A DNA stretch of 64,000 nt from Truepera sp. (GTDB lineage Bacteria; Deinococcota; Deinococci; Deinococcales; Trueperaceae), in the NCBI GenBank assembly GCA_965218435.1, contig CBDCKW010000005.1, positions 288,001-352,000 of the forward strand, written 5' to 3'. A model generated the notes under the pieces. That model did not search any database and had not been told where the DNA came from. It was given only the letters and a program-made list of their open reading frames with translations. A program made the position numbers and the translations under genes. Every line of letters begins with the position of its first letter. The first letter of the stretch is position 1. Below, piece after piece: positions 1-9,747 of the stretch.

Positions 1-47
1 CTGGCAACCGAGGCGGTAAAGGCCCACAGGATAGAACACCGCCGTTA

Positions 48-458
48 ATGCGGATTGTCCTTGACACCAACGTTCTCATCTCAGCGCTGCTTACCCCGCA
101 AGGTCTGGCTTTTCAAGCTGTCAAACTCTGGCAGCAAAACCGTGATGACCCGGTAACCTCGATCTAGCAGATCAACGAACTTCGGGGTGTAACTAGGCGC
201 GAGCATGTAAAAAAGCACCTCCGCTCCGGCGCTGCTGGAACGCTCGTCGAAGCGTTACGGAGTAAGGCGTTCGTGATCGAATGTTTGCCGCGGGTAGACG
301 ATTCACCCGACCCCGACGACAACAACGTCCTAGCAACAGCGATTGCCGGGGGCGCGCATTATCTGGTGACAGGCGATAAGACCGACCTACAAACCTTGGA
401 GAAGGTGCAAAGCGTCCGCATCCTCACCGTGCGTGAATTTATGGAGATCATGGGCTAG
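48..458 (+). pseudogene. PIN-domain toxin (putative TA toxin) with in-frame stop
   Basis: ATG at 48 gives MRIVLDTNVLISALL. An in-frame TAG at 165-167 is followed in the same frame by DPDDNNVLATAIAGGAHYLVTGD (PIN motifs). Confidence 0.85.
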
Positions 459-562
459 CTGATAACTTAGACGAGCTGCTGCCCAGATTCCTTGAGAAAT
501 AATCGTTTTTCCGTCCTGCTGCTGATATGTAATGCTAGAGCGATAATGACACAGGGAGAGAC

Positions 563-1130
563 GTGGCCGCACCCGACAAGGTTTTAGAGCTGATCGAACG
601 CTTTGACTACAACCTCAGCTCGTACCGCTCCGGCAAATACAACGAAACGCAGGTCAGACGCGAGTTTATCGATCCGTTTTTTGAAGCAATGGGCTGGGAT
701 GTCGGCAACCGTCAGGGCTACGCCGAAGCCTACAAAGACGTGATTCACGAAGATGCGATCAAAATCTGCGGGCAGACCAAAGCGCCGGACTACTCGTTTC
801 GTATCGGCGGCACCCGTAAGTTTTTCCTCGAGGCCAAAAAGCCGTCGGTAAACATTAAAGACGACCTGCCGCTGGCCTTCCAAATATGCCGCTACGCTTG
901 GAGCGCCAAGCTACCCCTTTAGATCCTCACCGATTTTGAAGAGCTGGCCGTCTACGACTGCCGTATCCAGCCGAACCAGACGGACAAGGCAGCGACGGCG
1001 CGGGTGCAGTACATGACCTTTCGCGATTACGCCGAGCGCTGGGACGAGCTGGCCGGGGTGTTTTCCCGTGAAGTCATCCTTAAAGGCTCATTCGACAAAT
1101 ACGCTGCTGATACGAAAAAAAGGCACCGCC
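563..1130 (+). pseudogene. N-terminal fragment of a type IIG/IIL (Eco57I-like) restriction-modification enzyme
   Basis: YNETQVRREFIDPFF...KAPDYSFRIGGTRKFFLEAKKP nuclease motif. TAG at 920-922 is followed in frame by ILTDFEELAVYDCRIQP. Truncated near 1130. Confidence 0.8.
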
Positions 1131-1300
1131 AAAAGCGCTAGCTACGAAGCGACAACTTACTTACTTAGACAGGGACACAGCCGCGTCGGTTTTATAGGTC
1201 ATACCCTTGAGCCTACTAACTACCCTAGGTACCGCGGGTTCTTAAGCGCATACGATGGATACGGCCTCGAGCCTGATGTAGCACTGCTTTCTGTCTGCCG
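1130..1300 (+). pseudogene. Internal fragment of a LacI-type ligand-binding domain
   Basis: SYEATTYLLRQGHSRVGFIG...RYRGFLSA resembles the LacI sensor domain. It is fused directly to the RM fragment. Confidence 0.55.
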
Positions 1301-1319
1301 GGGCGACAGACTACGAAAG

Positions 1320-1664
1320 CGGATTTCAAGCAACTGCGCAGCTGCTTGTGGACTCGGCACTGCCGCTGCAGAAAGGCAAAAGACCTGTTTTCTTAAGGCA
1401 ACGGGCTCGAGCTGGCTTACCGTCTCGAAGGTGCAAAAACCGTTTAGCAAGAGGTGTGCCAACCCCCGCTTGACCCGGTAATCGGTATTGGTGCCTTCAA
1501 AAACTGAAAGCTCCTCGTCTAACTCGAAACGTTTTTCGCCTAGGTAGAGACCGAAAATACTGATAATCTCAGTTGCCAGCGTCAAGGTCTTTTTATCCAG
1601 CCAACCGTAGGGGCGTCAGCTCTTCGCCGGTATAGCGGTGCACGAGTAGTTCGGAGGTCAGCAC
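1320..1664 (-). pseudogene. DUF790-family N-terminal fragment, frameshifted
   Basis: GTG at 1664 gives MLTSELLVHRYTGEELTP, then a frameshift near 1600, then ...TDYRVKRGLAHLL...LEPVALRKQVF. Confidence 0.6.
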
Positions 1665-1766
1665 GCGGCTTAACGATAATAAGCCTCGCCATAGTCTCTA
1701 CAGTTCAACCCTTGGCAAGAAGCCTGTGTGGGGAGGTATGCCGAGCATAGTAGCAACCGGTGGTCT

Positions 1767-2663
1767 TCACGACTCTACTCTTGCTAAAAAGTCAGCCAGC
1801 ACCGCCATGTACCTTTCGGGCTCCTCAGCGTGCGCCATATGAGCACTGTTTTCAAAAACGACCCAGGTCGAGTCTTTAATGCCTTGATGAACCGTTTCAC
1901 CGATCAAAGGCGTGGCCTCATCGTAACGACCCGTGGTGATCAGGGAAGGCGTACTGATTTCACTCAAACGCGCTGTGACGTCCCAATTTTTGATTACACC
2001 TACTACATGAAACTCGCTGGGGCCGTTCATCGTGTGGTACACCTGGGGCCACTCGGCTAGTTTGGCAAAGCTGCGCTGCACGTAACCTGGGTTTGGCACC
2101 ACGCGGCAGACGTAGCGGTCGTAAAAGACTTGCATCGCCTGCTGATACGCTTCGCTTTCGGTCGTGCCTGCTTCTTCGTGTTGGGTAAGCGATTCCTGTA
2201 CCTCTTCTGGTAACTCAGCGCGTAACCGGTTGGCCTCTGCTAGCCACATAGGGATACTCGAGGGCGAGCTGGCAACCGTGATACTGGCAACGCCCTTGGG
2301 CTGCGTCAGCATGTACTGCATCGTCAGCATCCCACCCCACGATTGGCCTAGCAGATGAATCTTCTCTAAACCTAGAGCTTTACGGACTACGTCAACTTCT
2401 TCGACAAACAGATCAACAGTCCATAGCGATGGTTCGTCAACGTGGGTCGAATTGCCGCAGCCAAGCTGATCGTAAAAAATTACCTGGCGTCCGGTCGCGG
2501 CTAAGGCCTCTAACGACTCGAGATAGTCGTGCGGGACGCCGGGGCCGCCGTGTAAGCAGAGGAGCGGCAATTTCTTCTCGTCTGTTCTCTCACCGACGAT
2601 TTTGTACCAGGTCTTAAAACCGCGAAACTCGACGGTGCCTTCTTTTTCCGTATAGGTGCTCAT
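1767..2663 (-). CDS. Proline iminopeptidase-family alpha/beta hydrolase
   Basis: LHGGPG, YDQLGCG, GQSWGG nucleophile, SAHMAHAEEP. GGAGA RBS upstream. Confidence 0.9.
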   Translation of the reverse strand: MSTYTEKEGTVEFRGFKTWYKIVGERTDEKKLPLLCLHGGPGVPHDYLESLEALAATGRQVIFYDQLGCGNSTHVDEPSLWTVDLFVEEVDVVRKALGLEKIHLLGQSWGGMLTMQYMLTQPKGVASITVASSPSSIPMWLAEANRLRAELPEEVQESLTQHEEAGTTESEAYQQAMQVFYDRYVCRVVPNPGYVQRSFAKLAEWPQVYHTMNGPSEFHVVGVIKNWDVTARLSEISTPSLITTGRYDEATPLIGETVHQGIKDSTWVVFENSAHMAHAEEPERYMAVLADFLARVES

Positions 2664-2672
2664 GACGTCTCC

Positions 2673-3110
2673 TTATTTTTGTTTGGGATCGAACTGGGCG
2701 CGTAGCCCGTCACTAAACCAGTTGACGGCGATCACAGTAATCATAATCGCGAGTCCGGCGAACACGGCTACGTAGGGCGTCAGGAGTAGGTAAGCCCGGC
2801 CGTCAGCGAGCATCGAACCCCAGTCGGGATCGGGCGGTTGAATACCAAGCCCTAAAAAAGACAAGGCGGCGATATCTAAAATGGCAAACGCAATATCGTT
2901 ACTACCCTGCACCAAGATAGGCGACGCGATATTGGGCAGCAGGTGGCGGTACAAGATACGCCCGTCGCCCATGCCGCTACTCCTCGCTGCTTCGACGTAG
3001 TTCAGGTTGCTCTGCACCAGCGTTGCGCCGCGAACAACCCGTACAATCGCAGGAATGTAAACAATGCCTAAGGCGAGCACTGTGTTGCTCAGCCCACGGC
3101 TCGGCTCAGC
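2673..3110 (-). pseudogene. Peptide ABC permease (DppC-like), C-terminal half only
   Basis: YVEAARSSG EAA motif, HLLPN, LSFLGLGIQPPDPDWG. The N-terminal half is missing. Confidence 0.8.
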
Positions 3111-3134
3111 GACAAGGTAATCCCTGAAAGCGCA

Positions 3135-3653
3135 TTGCGTCACGAAACGGGCCGCCGCTGGAAGCCCTGGCTACACCTCAACTGTAATGGGTATCCCGCT
3201 TATGAGTGGGTCCGTGCCAACAGCGGCTATATCCCCAGAGGATTCGAGGCGTGGAGTTTGCCTTTTAGGTACTTCACCATCTTTAGCAGCACGTCGCCAG
3301 ATGCGGCACTCCTCGAGCACCTTAAAGGGGCCGTCAGCACTGCACTTGGGCAACGCGCTCACCTCCAACAAACAACGCAAGTTCAGATCCAAAGAGCACT
3401 GCAGCACATGGAGAGCAGTACCTTCCCGCTCGCGCAAGGGTTTCCCTTTTTGCTAAGCCACGAGCAACCTCCTGATCAAGCTGCCGAACAAAATTTTGCT
3501 CTTAGGCTCACGGTGATTACCGAAGTGCCCGACGAAACCGTGGCTGGTCCGTTGTGGCGTGATTGTGTCGAAGCGCAGCAGATCATCGTCGAAGCGGCTC
3601 TACAAACGTGTTTGAAGGTGGAGGCCGCAGCTTTACATCGCCACAAAACGTAA
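3135..3653 (+). CDS. Hypothetical protein, probably a 5'-truncated fragment
   Basis: 172-aa protein-like ORF with no RBS. It abuts the broken permease. Confidence 0.4.
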   Translation: MRHETGRRWKPWLHLNCNGYPAYEWVRANSGYIPRGFEAWSLPFRYFTIFSSTSPDAALLEHLKGAVSTALGQRAHLQQTTQVQIQRALQHMESSTFPLAQGFPFLLSHEQPPDQAAEQNFALRLTVITEVPDETVAGPLWRDCVEAQQIIVEAALQTCLKVEAAALHRHKT

Positions 3654-3842
3654 GAGCACAGGGTTATACGGCTGGTCGTCAATCAGGTAGAGAAGCTATC
3701 ACGTTTCTATGCTCGAGCTTAAGAGAACGCTTGGGCTTTCATTATGATCAGTCCAGGACCAACGCATGTAGATTTCTTTCAAGAGCTACCCGTGCTTTCA
3801 ACATAACTTTTGAAGGTAGCCTTTCTTGAATCTCTTGGGGTC

Positions 3843-4051
3843 TGAGTCTACGCCGCAAGCGGCGTAGACTCACAAGGTGAGCAAGTATATCCACAAGAGC
3901 CACAACGTAGATATTCTGATGTACCACATAGTTTTTCCGGCGAAGTACCGTCGCGCGGTGATAGACGATGAAGTTGACAACGTGCTCAAAGAAGTCTGCA
4001 TGGAGATTGAGAAGCGTTACGAGATCATATTTTTAGAGATAGGCACAGACA
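3843..4051 (+). mobile_element. tnpA: IS200/IS605 left end and truncated Y1 transposase
   Basis: Perfect hairpin TGAGTCTACGCCGC-AA-GCGGCGTAGACTCA at 3843-3872. ORF at 3877 reads MSKYIHKSHNV...YHIVFPAKYRR and is cut by IS982 just before the HUH motif. Confidence 0.85.
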
Positions 4052-4955
4052 ACCTCGACTGCTAGGGGGTAGCTCTATAGGGAGAAAAAAGCGAAGATAG
4101 CGCGATTTGGAAATCGCGCTATCTTCTAGAGCAGCATACCGTCAGCGAGTTGTTCACGGTCGTATACGTGCTGGTCGATGATTACCTCAGAGCCGGGGTG
4201 CAGCAAGGCAGATTTGTGCTGCCCGAGTCCAAGCAGCAAAAGGGTAGCTACGCAGAACTGATGAGCATTGCCTTGGTGGGCGATCTGCTTAACCAGGCCG
4301 ATGTGGGGCTGTGGTTCAACCTAGTCAAGAGCGAGTACAAGGGCTTGTTCCCGGTGTTGCCCGACGATACGCGCTACTACCGGGTACTCAAGAAGCTAGA
4401 ACGCCTCTGGGCCGAGCTAGCCCTGGTGCTCACCGCGCAGCACGCTACATGGGCTTACAGTATCGACTCCAAACCGCTGCCGGTGTGTAAGTTCAAGCGT
4501 CACCGACGGCCTCGGGCCATGACCGAAGCGACCGTAGGCTTCTCGACCCAAGGTGCCGTATACGGCTTCAAACTTCACGCCCTCACGACCTCGCAAGGGC
4601 TCATTGTCAAGTTCGCCAGCGCCCCGGCACACGAAGCCGCTGTCACCGTTGCTAGAGCCTTGCTCGGTAAAGCCGAACGGGGTGCAAGCTTAGGCGACAA
4701 AGCCTATCTCGGTTGTGGCGTCTACACCCCTCCCAAGGCCAACGCGCTCACGCCCGGCATCTGGACCCAGCTCATGGATGCGTCTCGAAAAACCATCGAA
4801 AGCGTCTTTTCCTCGCTCTCCCGCACCAAACATCTTGTCCTTGGTCAGCGCAACTCGTTTCATTCGCTCCGGGCACACGTCTGTCGCAAGATAGCAGCGC
4901 ATAACTTCGCCCTTATCTTCGCTTCCTAGACCCCTTATCCCCTAGCAGTCGAGGT
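4052..4955 (+). mobile_element. IS982-family element (transposase about 4150-4929)
   Basis: Terminal IRs ACCTCGACTGCTAGGGG / CCCCTAGCAGTCGAGGT. Motifs IDSKPLPVC, YGFKLH, GDKAY, RKTIESVFS. Flanks are unrelated, so no TSD. Confidence 0.88.
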
Positions 4956-5109
4956 ATCCTATGAATTGTGCGTTGCCGCCCCCCAATTCGTAGTTGGTAA
5001 AGCCTAAGTAGATACCTTGTACCAAAGGAAGTACCGAAAAAGCGACAATAGGAATAAACGCTGGTAAAAGCAACCAGAGCGGAATGCCCAACCCTTTAGA
5101 CCGAAACAT
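4956..5109 (-). pseudogene. Sugar ABC permease N-terminus truncated by IS982
   Basis: LLLPAFI...PLVQGIYLGFTNY...FIG, the typical CUT1 permease start. It overlaps the LacI stop codon. Confidence 0.75.
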
Positions 5110-6151
5110 AGCCCGTCTCTTGTGTTGCACCAGCGATATATCCTGTAGACGACTCGCGGATAACTAAGCGGGGCGTGATCACAATTTTCCGAGGCTCGAG
5201 GTCGGGTTCACCGAGCCGTTCTAAAAGCAGTTCGGCTGCGAGTCTGCCGCGCTCTCCGGCGAGCAGCGATACAGAACTCAACGTGGGATTGCTGACCCTA
5301 GTCAGATCGATATTATCCATACCTACGACTGCGATTTCTTGCGGTATCGTCTTGCCCAATTCTTGGAGTTTCCGAAGCGCACCAAGCGCGATAAGGTCGT
5401 TTGCACAGAAGAAAGCGTCGATGCTGGGTGCCCGGTCAAGTAACGTAGCCGCGGCGTCGTAACCACCTTGCACCGTAAACGCTGTGTCCATCACCAGGGT
5501 ACTGTCGAAATTTAGGTGCTGCCTCTCGAATTCGGCTTGATAGCCGCGAAGCCGAGCTTCCGCAGGAACGGTATGGGCGTCGCCGTTAATAAACGCGATT
5601 TGTCGCCGCCCCGTTTCAACGAGGTGAGCGAGGGCTAGGGCTGCCCCAGCAGCTGAATCTACGCGAACGCTGTCGACGGGTACGGCCTCCGGGATGCTGC
5701 CAATCACACATACCCGCTGCCGCGCGGCTTCGACCTGTTTGAGAAACGTACTCGTTACTTTGAGCGAGCAGATAATCAGTCCGTCAACGTAGCGGCGCTC
5801 GAGATTTTTGACGGCGAGCTGCTCCTCAAGCGAACTGCTTTCGGTGCTTACGACGCTCATGCGGTAGCTGCGTCCCCGGGCAACTTGTTGCACGGTCTTT
5901 GCCATTGCTACATAGACCGGGTTGGCAATATCGGGAATGACAAGCTCGATCTGGTCGGTCTTATTGCGTTTCAAGCTTTGCGCCGCATGGTTGGGTACAT
6001 AACCCAACGCCTTGACAGCGTCTTGAACCCGCTTGCGCAACTCAGGAGCGCAGTTGGGTGCGCCATTAAGCACTCTGGAAACAGACCCGACGGAGACGTC
6101 TGCTCGTTTGGCAACATCTACGATCGTGACCCTCACCTGTCTTCGGTTCAC
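5096..6151 (-). CDS. LacI-family transcriptional regulator
   Basis: VTIVDVAKRADVSVGSVSRVLN HTH and LGYVPN hinge. Likely GTG start at 6151 after GGAGAGG. Confidence 0.92.
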   Translation of the reverse strand: MNRRQVRVTIVDVAKRADVSVGSVSRVLNGAPNCAPELRKRVQDAVKALGYVPNHAAQSLKRNKTDQIELVIPDIANPVYVAMAKTVQQVARGRSYRMSVVSTESSSLEEQLAVKNLERRYVDGLIICSLKVTSTFLKQVEAARQRVCVIGSIPEAVPVDSVRVDSAAGAALALAHLVETGRRQIAFINGDAHTVPAEARLRGYQAEFERQHLNFDSTLVMDTAFTVQGGYDAAATLLDRAPSIDAFFCANDLIALGALRKLQELGKTIPQEIAVVGMDNIDLTRVSNPTLSSVSLLAGERGRLAAELLLERLGEPDLEPRKIVITPRLVIRESSTGYIAGATQETGYVSV

Positions 6152-6211
6152 TTGACGCTCCTCTCCGTGACACCAGCTCATGAAGCCTATAACTTATTTT
6201 TGATTCATCAA

Positions 6212-6336
6212 TCATAAAACGTTTCATCAAACAATGTCAATCTATTTTACAGTTATATATCGACAAGGAAAGCAAGTGACGCTGTTCTCAGCAGTCAGAC
6301 GGAACAGCGGCATAGGTTTATTAATGAAACGATTCA
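6212..6336. promoter_or_regulatory. Two LacI-type operator-like pseudo-palindromes
   Basis: ATAAAACGTTTCAT (about 6214-6227) and ATGAAACGATTCAC (about 6323-6336), both with a central CG, upstream of the LacI gene. Confidence 0.45.
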
Positions 6337-6536
6337 CCTCAAAAAGATTGTTTATAGACGCTACTCATCGGGCCCCTCTACCACAGCCTGAACCCTTGCG
6401 GTTGCGGCGGCACCTTTTAGTAAAGGTGCCTGTTTGAAGCGCAATGTGCGGAAAAAGTAGGGTGTAGCCCGGTTGGTCACCGATACCAGTGAGCCGAATA
6501 AGTCCTTAATCTTGGCGAGAACGAAAAGAATACACC

Positions 6537-6752
6537 TTGGTTCACCTCGAGACTGCACCACTAAACGTCAAATTCATTGCCGCTGCCGACAAATTGCACA
6601 AGGTCCAGAATATTGCACTCGATCTCGATACGTTAGGTGACGCGGTATGCAGGCGCTTTAACGCTACGAAAGAAGATCAAGCTTGGTACTACCGTGGCGT
6701 CTTGAACGTACTCACCACACGTGGCGAGACGCATCCTTGTCCGACCTTTTGA
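6537..6752 (+). pseudogene. C-terminal fragment of an HD-domain (RelA/SpoT-like hydrolase) protein
   Basis: KFIAAADKLH...GDAVCRRFNATKEDQAWYY. Confidence 0.6.
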
Positions 6753-7054
6753 GCAATACGGTAGAGCAAGTCTTCCGCTAAAATACATCACCGGTTCCAT
6801 TTTGCATTTCTCAACTTCGTATCTACGTACGGGAGGTTGCAAGCTGTAAAGGGTAGTGGATTCAAGCTCCGATATTCAATCGCTCTCTCGCCTGCTCCAA
6901 CATGTCACGCGCGATACGGTTGGGGCTGTAGCCCCCAGTCATATGGACAAAGGGTATTTCCCCGCGCTTTACACGTCTGCGCCAACTCTTGGTGAGTATG
7001 GTTCGACCAGCGAACGAGCAGTAAAACGACGGCCACCTCGTCGGTAACTTCTAG

Positions 7055-8102
7055 TAAATCATCTGCGAAATAGCGCCGAAGGAGTCAAAGGACTAAACTA
7101 GCAGGATGAAAGCGAGCCGCTTAAAGAGAAAGCCCAAGCATCTGTATAACTTCACAGGTTTAAGCGTCGAGCAGTTCAAGTTGCTTAGTAAAGCGGTCGA
7201 AGTACGCCTTGCCGAACCAAAAGGCACCCAGGGCAAATTACGTCAACGTGCAGTAGGCGGGGGACGCAAGGCAGAACTAGGGGTAGAGGATCAGGTTTTA
7301 GGGGTGCTGCTGTATTACCGTTTGTACCTGACCCAGCTGCTACTAGGCTACTTATTCAACTTGGATGATAGTAACGTCAGCCGTTTGATCAGCAAACTTC
7401 GACCTGTACTACTTGAGGTTCTCCCCTTACCAGCGCACGAGACAGTTCTTTTTGGTCAAGCTAAAAGAAAGCGTATCGCAAGCCTAGAAGAACTGCTTGA
7501 GCAGCATCCTGAGTTCAAGGAAGTCTTGGTTGATGCTACCGAGCAAGAAATCCAGAAACCCAAAGACAAGCAAGAACGCAGAGACAAGTATTCAGGTAAG
7601 AAAAAGCGACATACGCTCAAGACCCAAATCACTGCCACCAACACAAAGCTTATCCTTCATGTGACACGTTCTTTACCAGGCAAATTCAGCGACGTCAACG
7701 TCCTTAGAGGTACCGGGGTGTTACGAGCTTTACCTACGGCTACCGAGGTCCGAGTGGACAAAGGATATGACGGTATTGATAAGGATTTTCCCCATAGAAC
7801 CTTCCATCAGCCCAGCAAAGCTAGAAGAAACAAACCCCTGGACTTCATCCAGAAATGCCTCAACAAAGTTCAAAACAGCCTGCGTTTTCCTGTCGAGCAC
7901 ACACTGGCTCACTTGAAACGCTTTAAGCTCTTAGCGGGTATCTACCGAGGCCCAAAAGCTGTTTATGATGACACTTTCTTAGCTATCGCGGGGCTTCATA
8001 ACTTCAGAAAGTTAGATGCTCTGGCTTGGTAAGCCGACTTAAACCCTTTCTCTAAGCCTAGCTACTTTATTCTGATCGTGTACTTATTTCGCAGATGATT
8101 TA
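7055..8102 (+). mobile_element. IS5/ISL2-group (DDE_Tnp_4-like) element, transposase 7106-8032
   Basis: Perfect 18-bp inverted ends TAAATCATCTGCGAAATA, which may include a TA duplication. Motifs VDATE, YSGKKKRHTLK, VDKGY, VEH. Confidence 0.88.
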
Positions 8103-8231
8103 GTTCAAGTAAGCTCAAATTGGTATGCGGCGCAGTTTCTAGCTACCTAATCTGGCAGGCAAAAGCCGTCCCGAGCCGTCGTTTAAGCCAGCTCAACAGC
8201 TGCGCTGGTGGTCTCGAGCCTGGCGGTAGGC

Positions 8232-9035
8232 TCAAAGCTCAGACCCTCCTCCGCGAGAATGCACGCGCGTATAGTGCGCCTTAGCTTTGCCGAGGCGTCG
8301 CCAGAGGTCGGGGTCAATAGGGATAGGCCGGACACTCCCGCTAGCGAGCGAGTAGAACGCCCCGTGATAGGTCAGCGTCCCGTGCCGCAACAGCTGCCAG
8401 AGCAGATTTAGAATAGTTGTTGCAGCGAAGTCGTTGACCAGTAGGTCTTGCTTTGTAAGCGCCTCGAGCGTGCTACAGCTGGGCAGGTCGTCTTCGGGAA
8501 TACGCGTGTCGCAGAGTTCGGGAAAGAGTTCGTACGCGATGCGTAGGCGCTCTTGCTTCCGGCGATTGTAGTAGCCCAGGGGTTGTCCCAGCACGACCTG
8601 ACCGGTGCTGGCAAGATTCCCGGCAGAGACGTGGTAGACGACCCGGTGGAGCCCCCCTGCAATCGTTGCCCTGGCTGCGCGTGTATCTACGCAGTCAATT
8701 ACTAACCTTGGACTGTCGTAGCCGTTTCCGTAGCTGCTGTCGATCTCATGTGGGTAAGCTTTCCACGAAAGGTTGAGGCGGTTGATCAAGACCTCGGCTT
8801 TATTGAGACCCACATCTGATGGGTAGAAGCTCTGCCGGACGAGGTTACTTTCGCTTACGGTGTCGCCGTCGGCGAGGACGACCTCGAGGCCGGGATAGCC
8901 GAGCGCCCGGAGACCCTGGTGGATGTTCTTGAGGCCGACGACGACCTTCGAGCCTGTCCCGCCAGCACCCACAACGAGCGTTCGGATGGGCATTCTGGAG
9001 TCTTGAAAGTACGGGTGCAAGGTGTGGCTAAGCAT
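8232..9035 (-). CDS. PRTRC system ThiF (E1-like) protein
   Basis: VVGAGGTGS, DGDTVSESNLVRQ, IDCVD, and PSCS with the putative catalytic Cys. Overlaps gene B. Confidence 0.88.
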   Translation of the reverse strand: MLSHTLHPYFQDSRMPIRTLVVGAGGTGSKVVVGLKNIHQGLRALGYPGLEVVLADGDTVSESNLVRQSFYPSDVGLNKAEVLINRLNLSWKAYPHEIDSSYGNGYDSPRLVIDCVDTRAARATIAGGLHRVVYHVSAGNLASTGQVVLGQPLGYYNRRKQERLRIAYELFPELCDTRIPEDDLPSCSTLEALTKQDLLVNDFAATTILNLLWQLLRHGTLTYHGAFYSLASGSVRPIPIDPDLWRRLGKAKAHYTRVHSRGGGSEL

Positions 9036-9747
9036 GAAAGAGGTCTCCGAGTGTTTCAGTAAGGGGAACCAGCTGCTCAGTAGGGAAGTGGCCCTCTTCT
9101 CTGACCCGCTGCCAGAGTTCGCCCATCGTGCCGCCCCAGTTGCGGTAGAGCAAGTTCGATGAGCCGTGAGTAAAAGCCGAGGCGAAAAAACCGCTCGAGT
9201 ACCCTGCGGTGTCTTTCACACTCAGCGTGTCAGGTAGCGACGTTGACCCTAAACAGACGCCGCTAGTCGAAGTGTTCCAATAGGGCGCAGTGTAGAGCCT
9301 CGAGGCTGCGGTGGGGCGTTCATCGTTGTCTAAAGCCAGCACCCGCAGGCTTCTGTGACCTGCGATAAAGAGCAGGGGAGGCTGCGGAAAACTCGAGCCC
9401 GAAAGCTGCGTGAGCAGGGGGTCATTACATGCATAAAACATCACCCGCTCCCTAGCAGGCTCGAACCACACGAGGTTCTCGTTGTTGGCGGCCAGGACGT
9501 GCGGCGGCAGCAGCTCGAGGCCGGACACCGGACTGAGGGCTTGAGAAAGTTCACGGACGGCCTCGACGTTTGCGAGGGTGCCTGGCTCGAGCATAGGTGT
9601 CGCGCCGTCGTAACGCACTGTGTGGACCGACGCGAAGGTGTCTGCGGGTGCGCCGTAGGTGTCGCAGGCATTTTCGTAGATCAAAATGGCCTTTTTAAGC
9701 ATGACCTCGTTGTGATAGCCGAGTTGTACCTGCACGTCGATACTCAT
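9028..9747 (-). CDS. PRTRC system protein B (prokaryotic E2-like)
   Basis: PQPPLLF, ERPT..LYTAPYWN...GVCLGS, FFASAFTH. Sits between F and ThiF. Confidence 0.85.
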   Translation of the reverse strand: MSIDVQVQLGYHNEVMLKKAILIYENACDTYGAPADTFASVHTVRYDGATPMLEPGTLANVEAVRELSQALSPVSGLELLPPHVLAANNENLVWFEPARERVMFYACNDPLLTQLSGSSFPQPPLLFIAGHRSLRVLALDNDERPTAASRLYTAPYWNTSTSGVCLGSTSLPDTLSVKDTAGYSSGFFASAFTHGSSNLLYRNWGGTMGELWQRVREEGHFPTEQLVPLTETLGDLFHA

